Assembly: GCF_003704095.1 (NCBI RefSeq)
Contig: NW_020846737.1
Location: forward strand, 310,001 to 374,000
Length of the DNA stretch: 64,000 nt
Reading direction: 5' to 3'
Source: Pocillopora damicornis
Taxonomy: Eukaryota
This document shows, one piece after another, positions 63,660 through 64,000 of this stretch (its first letter is position 1; each line of letters starts with the position of its first letter). The position numbers and the translations under genes were made by a program. The notes under the pieces were generated by a model. The model did not search any database and was not told the origin of the DNA. It worked only from the letters and a program-made list of their open reading frames with translations.

Positions 63660-63856
63660 TTAATTTAGTCTAACTTATCAACTGGGTTGATAATGTAAAT
63701 TGGCCACTATATAGAGTTTAAAGCTGATGTTTCAAGCAAATGACAAAGGGCTTTATGTTATCGACTGAGTTGATAGTACTAAATTACATGTACACTGCTA
63801 TACTCTTCCACCAATGCAGCACCACAGTTTCTCTGGAAACTCACTTCCTTTATTCA
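63660..63856. mobile_element. Penelope-like repeat fragment with internal inverted repeat
   Basis: TAATTTAG..TTATCAACTGGGTTGATAA ... TTATCGACTGAGTTGATAGTACTAAATTA, ending GCAGCACCACAGTTTCTCTGGAAAC; same family as 18968-19143. Confidence 0.6.
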
Positions 63857-64000
63857 TTTATCTTTTTTGTTCATTTGTTTATTTGTTAGATGCACAAGAT
63901 ATAAATTTGCTGAGTCATAGAAAAAGACTCCACCATAACACCGGTACCAAGAGCTTTGTGTTTGTGTTATTTTAATTAATGTCTCCTGCAAACTGTAATA

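Overview
AT-rich animal genomic DNA with GT-AG spliced genes and five N gaps. The interspersed repeats resemble those of scleractinian (pocilloporid-like) corals; this is an inference from recall. By reading splice sites and checking intron phases I reconstructed five genes. (1) ZDHHC4-type DHHC palmitoyltransferase (-, 5 exons, 378 aa). (2) MEIG1 (+, 3 coding exons, 93 aa), head-to-head with ZDHHC4 across a promoter with an RFX X-box. (3) THOC6 (-, 14 exons, 340 aa). (4) A ~25 kb polycystin-1-family gene (-, at least 25 exons, over 2,600 codons visible: signal peptide-WSC-PKD repeats-REJ-GAIN/GPS-PLAT-11TM), whose signal peptide lies in two small exons at 49.1-49.3 kb. (5) The 3' part of a short-tailed diacylglycerol lipase (DAGLB-like, -), running off the right edge. 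Introns hold many MITEs (piggyBac-, pogo- and Harbinger-like ends), tRNA-derived SINEs and a Penelope-like repeat. The most interesting observations: an uncharacterised domain with an 8-Cys insert nested inside a PKD repeat of the polycystin; gene linkage that mirrors human 7p22 and 16p13; a ~250-codon antisense ORF in a DAGL intron; and possible decayed LRR/Toll-like receptor relics (including a TIR-like ORF) on the + strand. The LRR reading is tentative because my own negative controls also gave LRR-like patterns.
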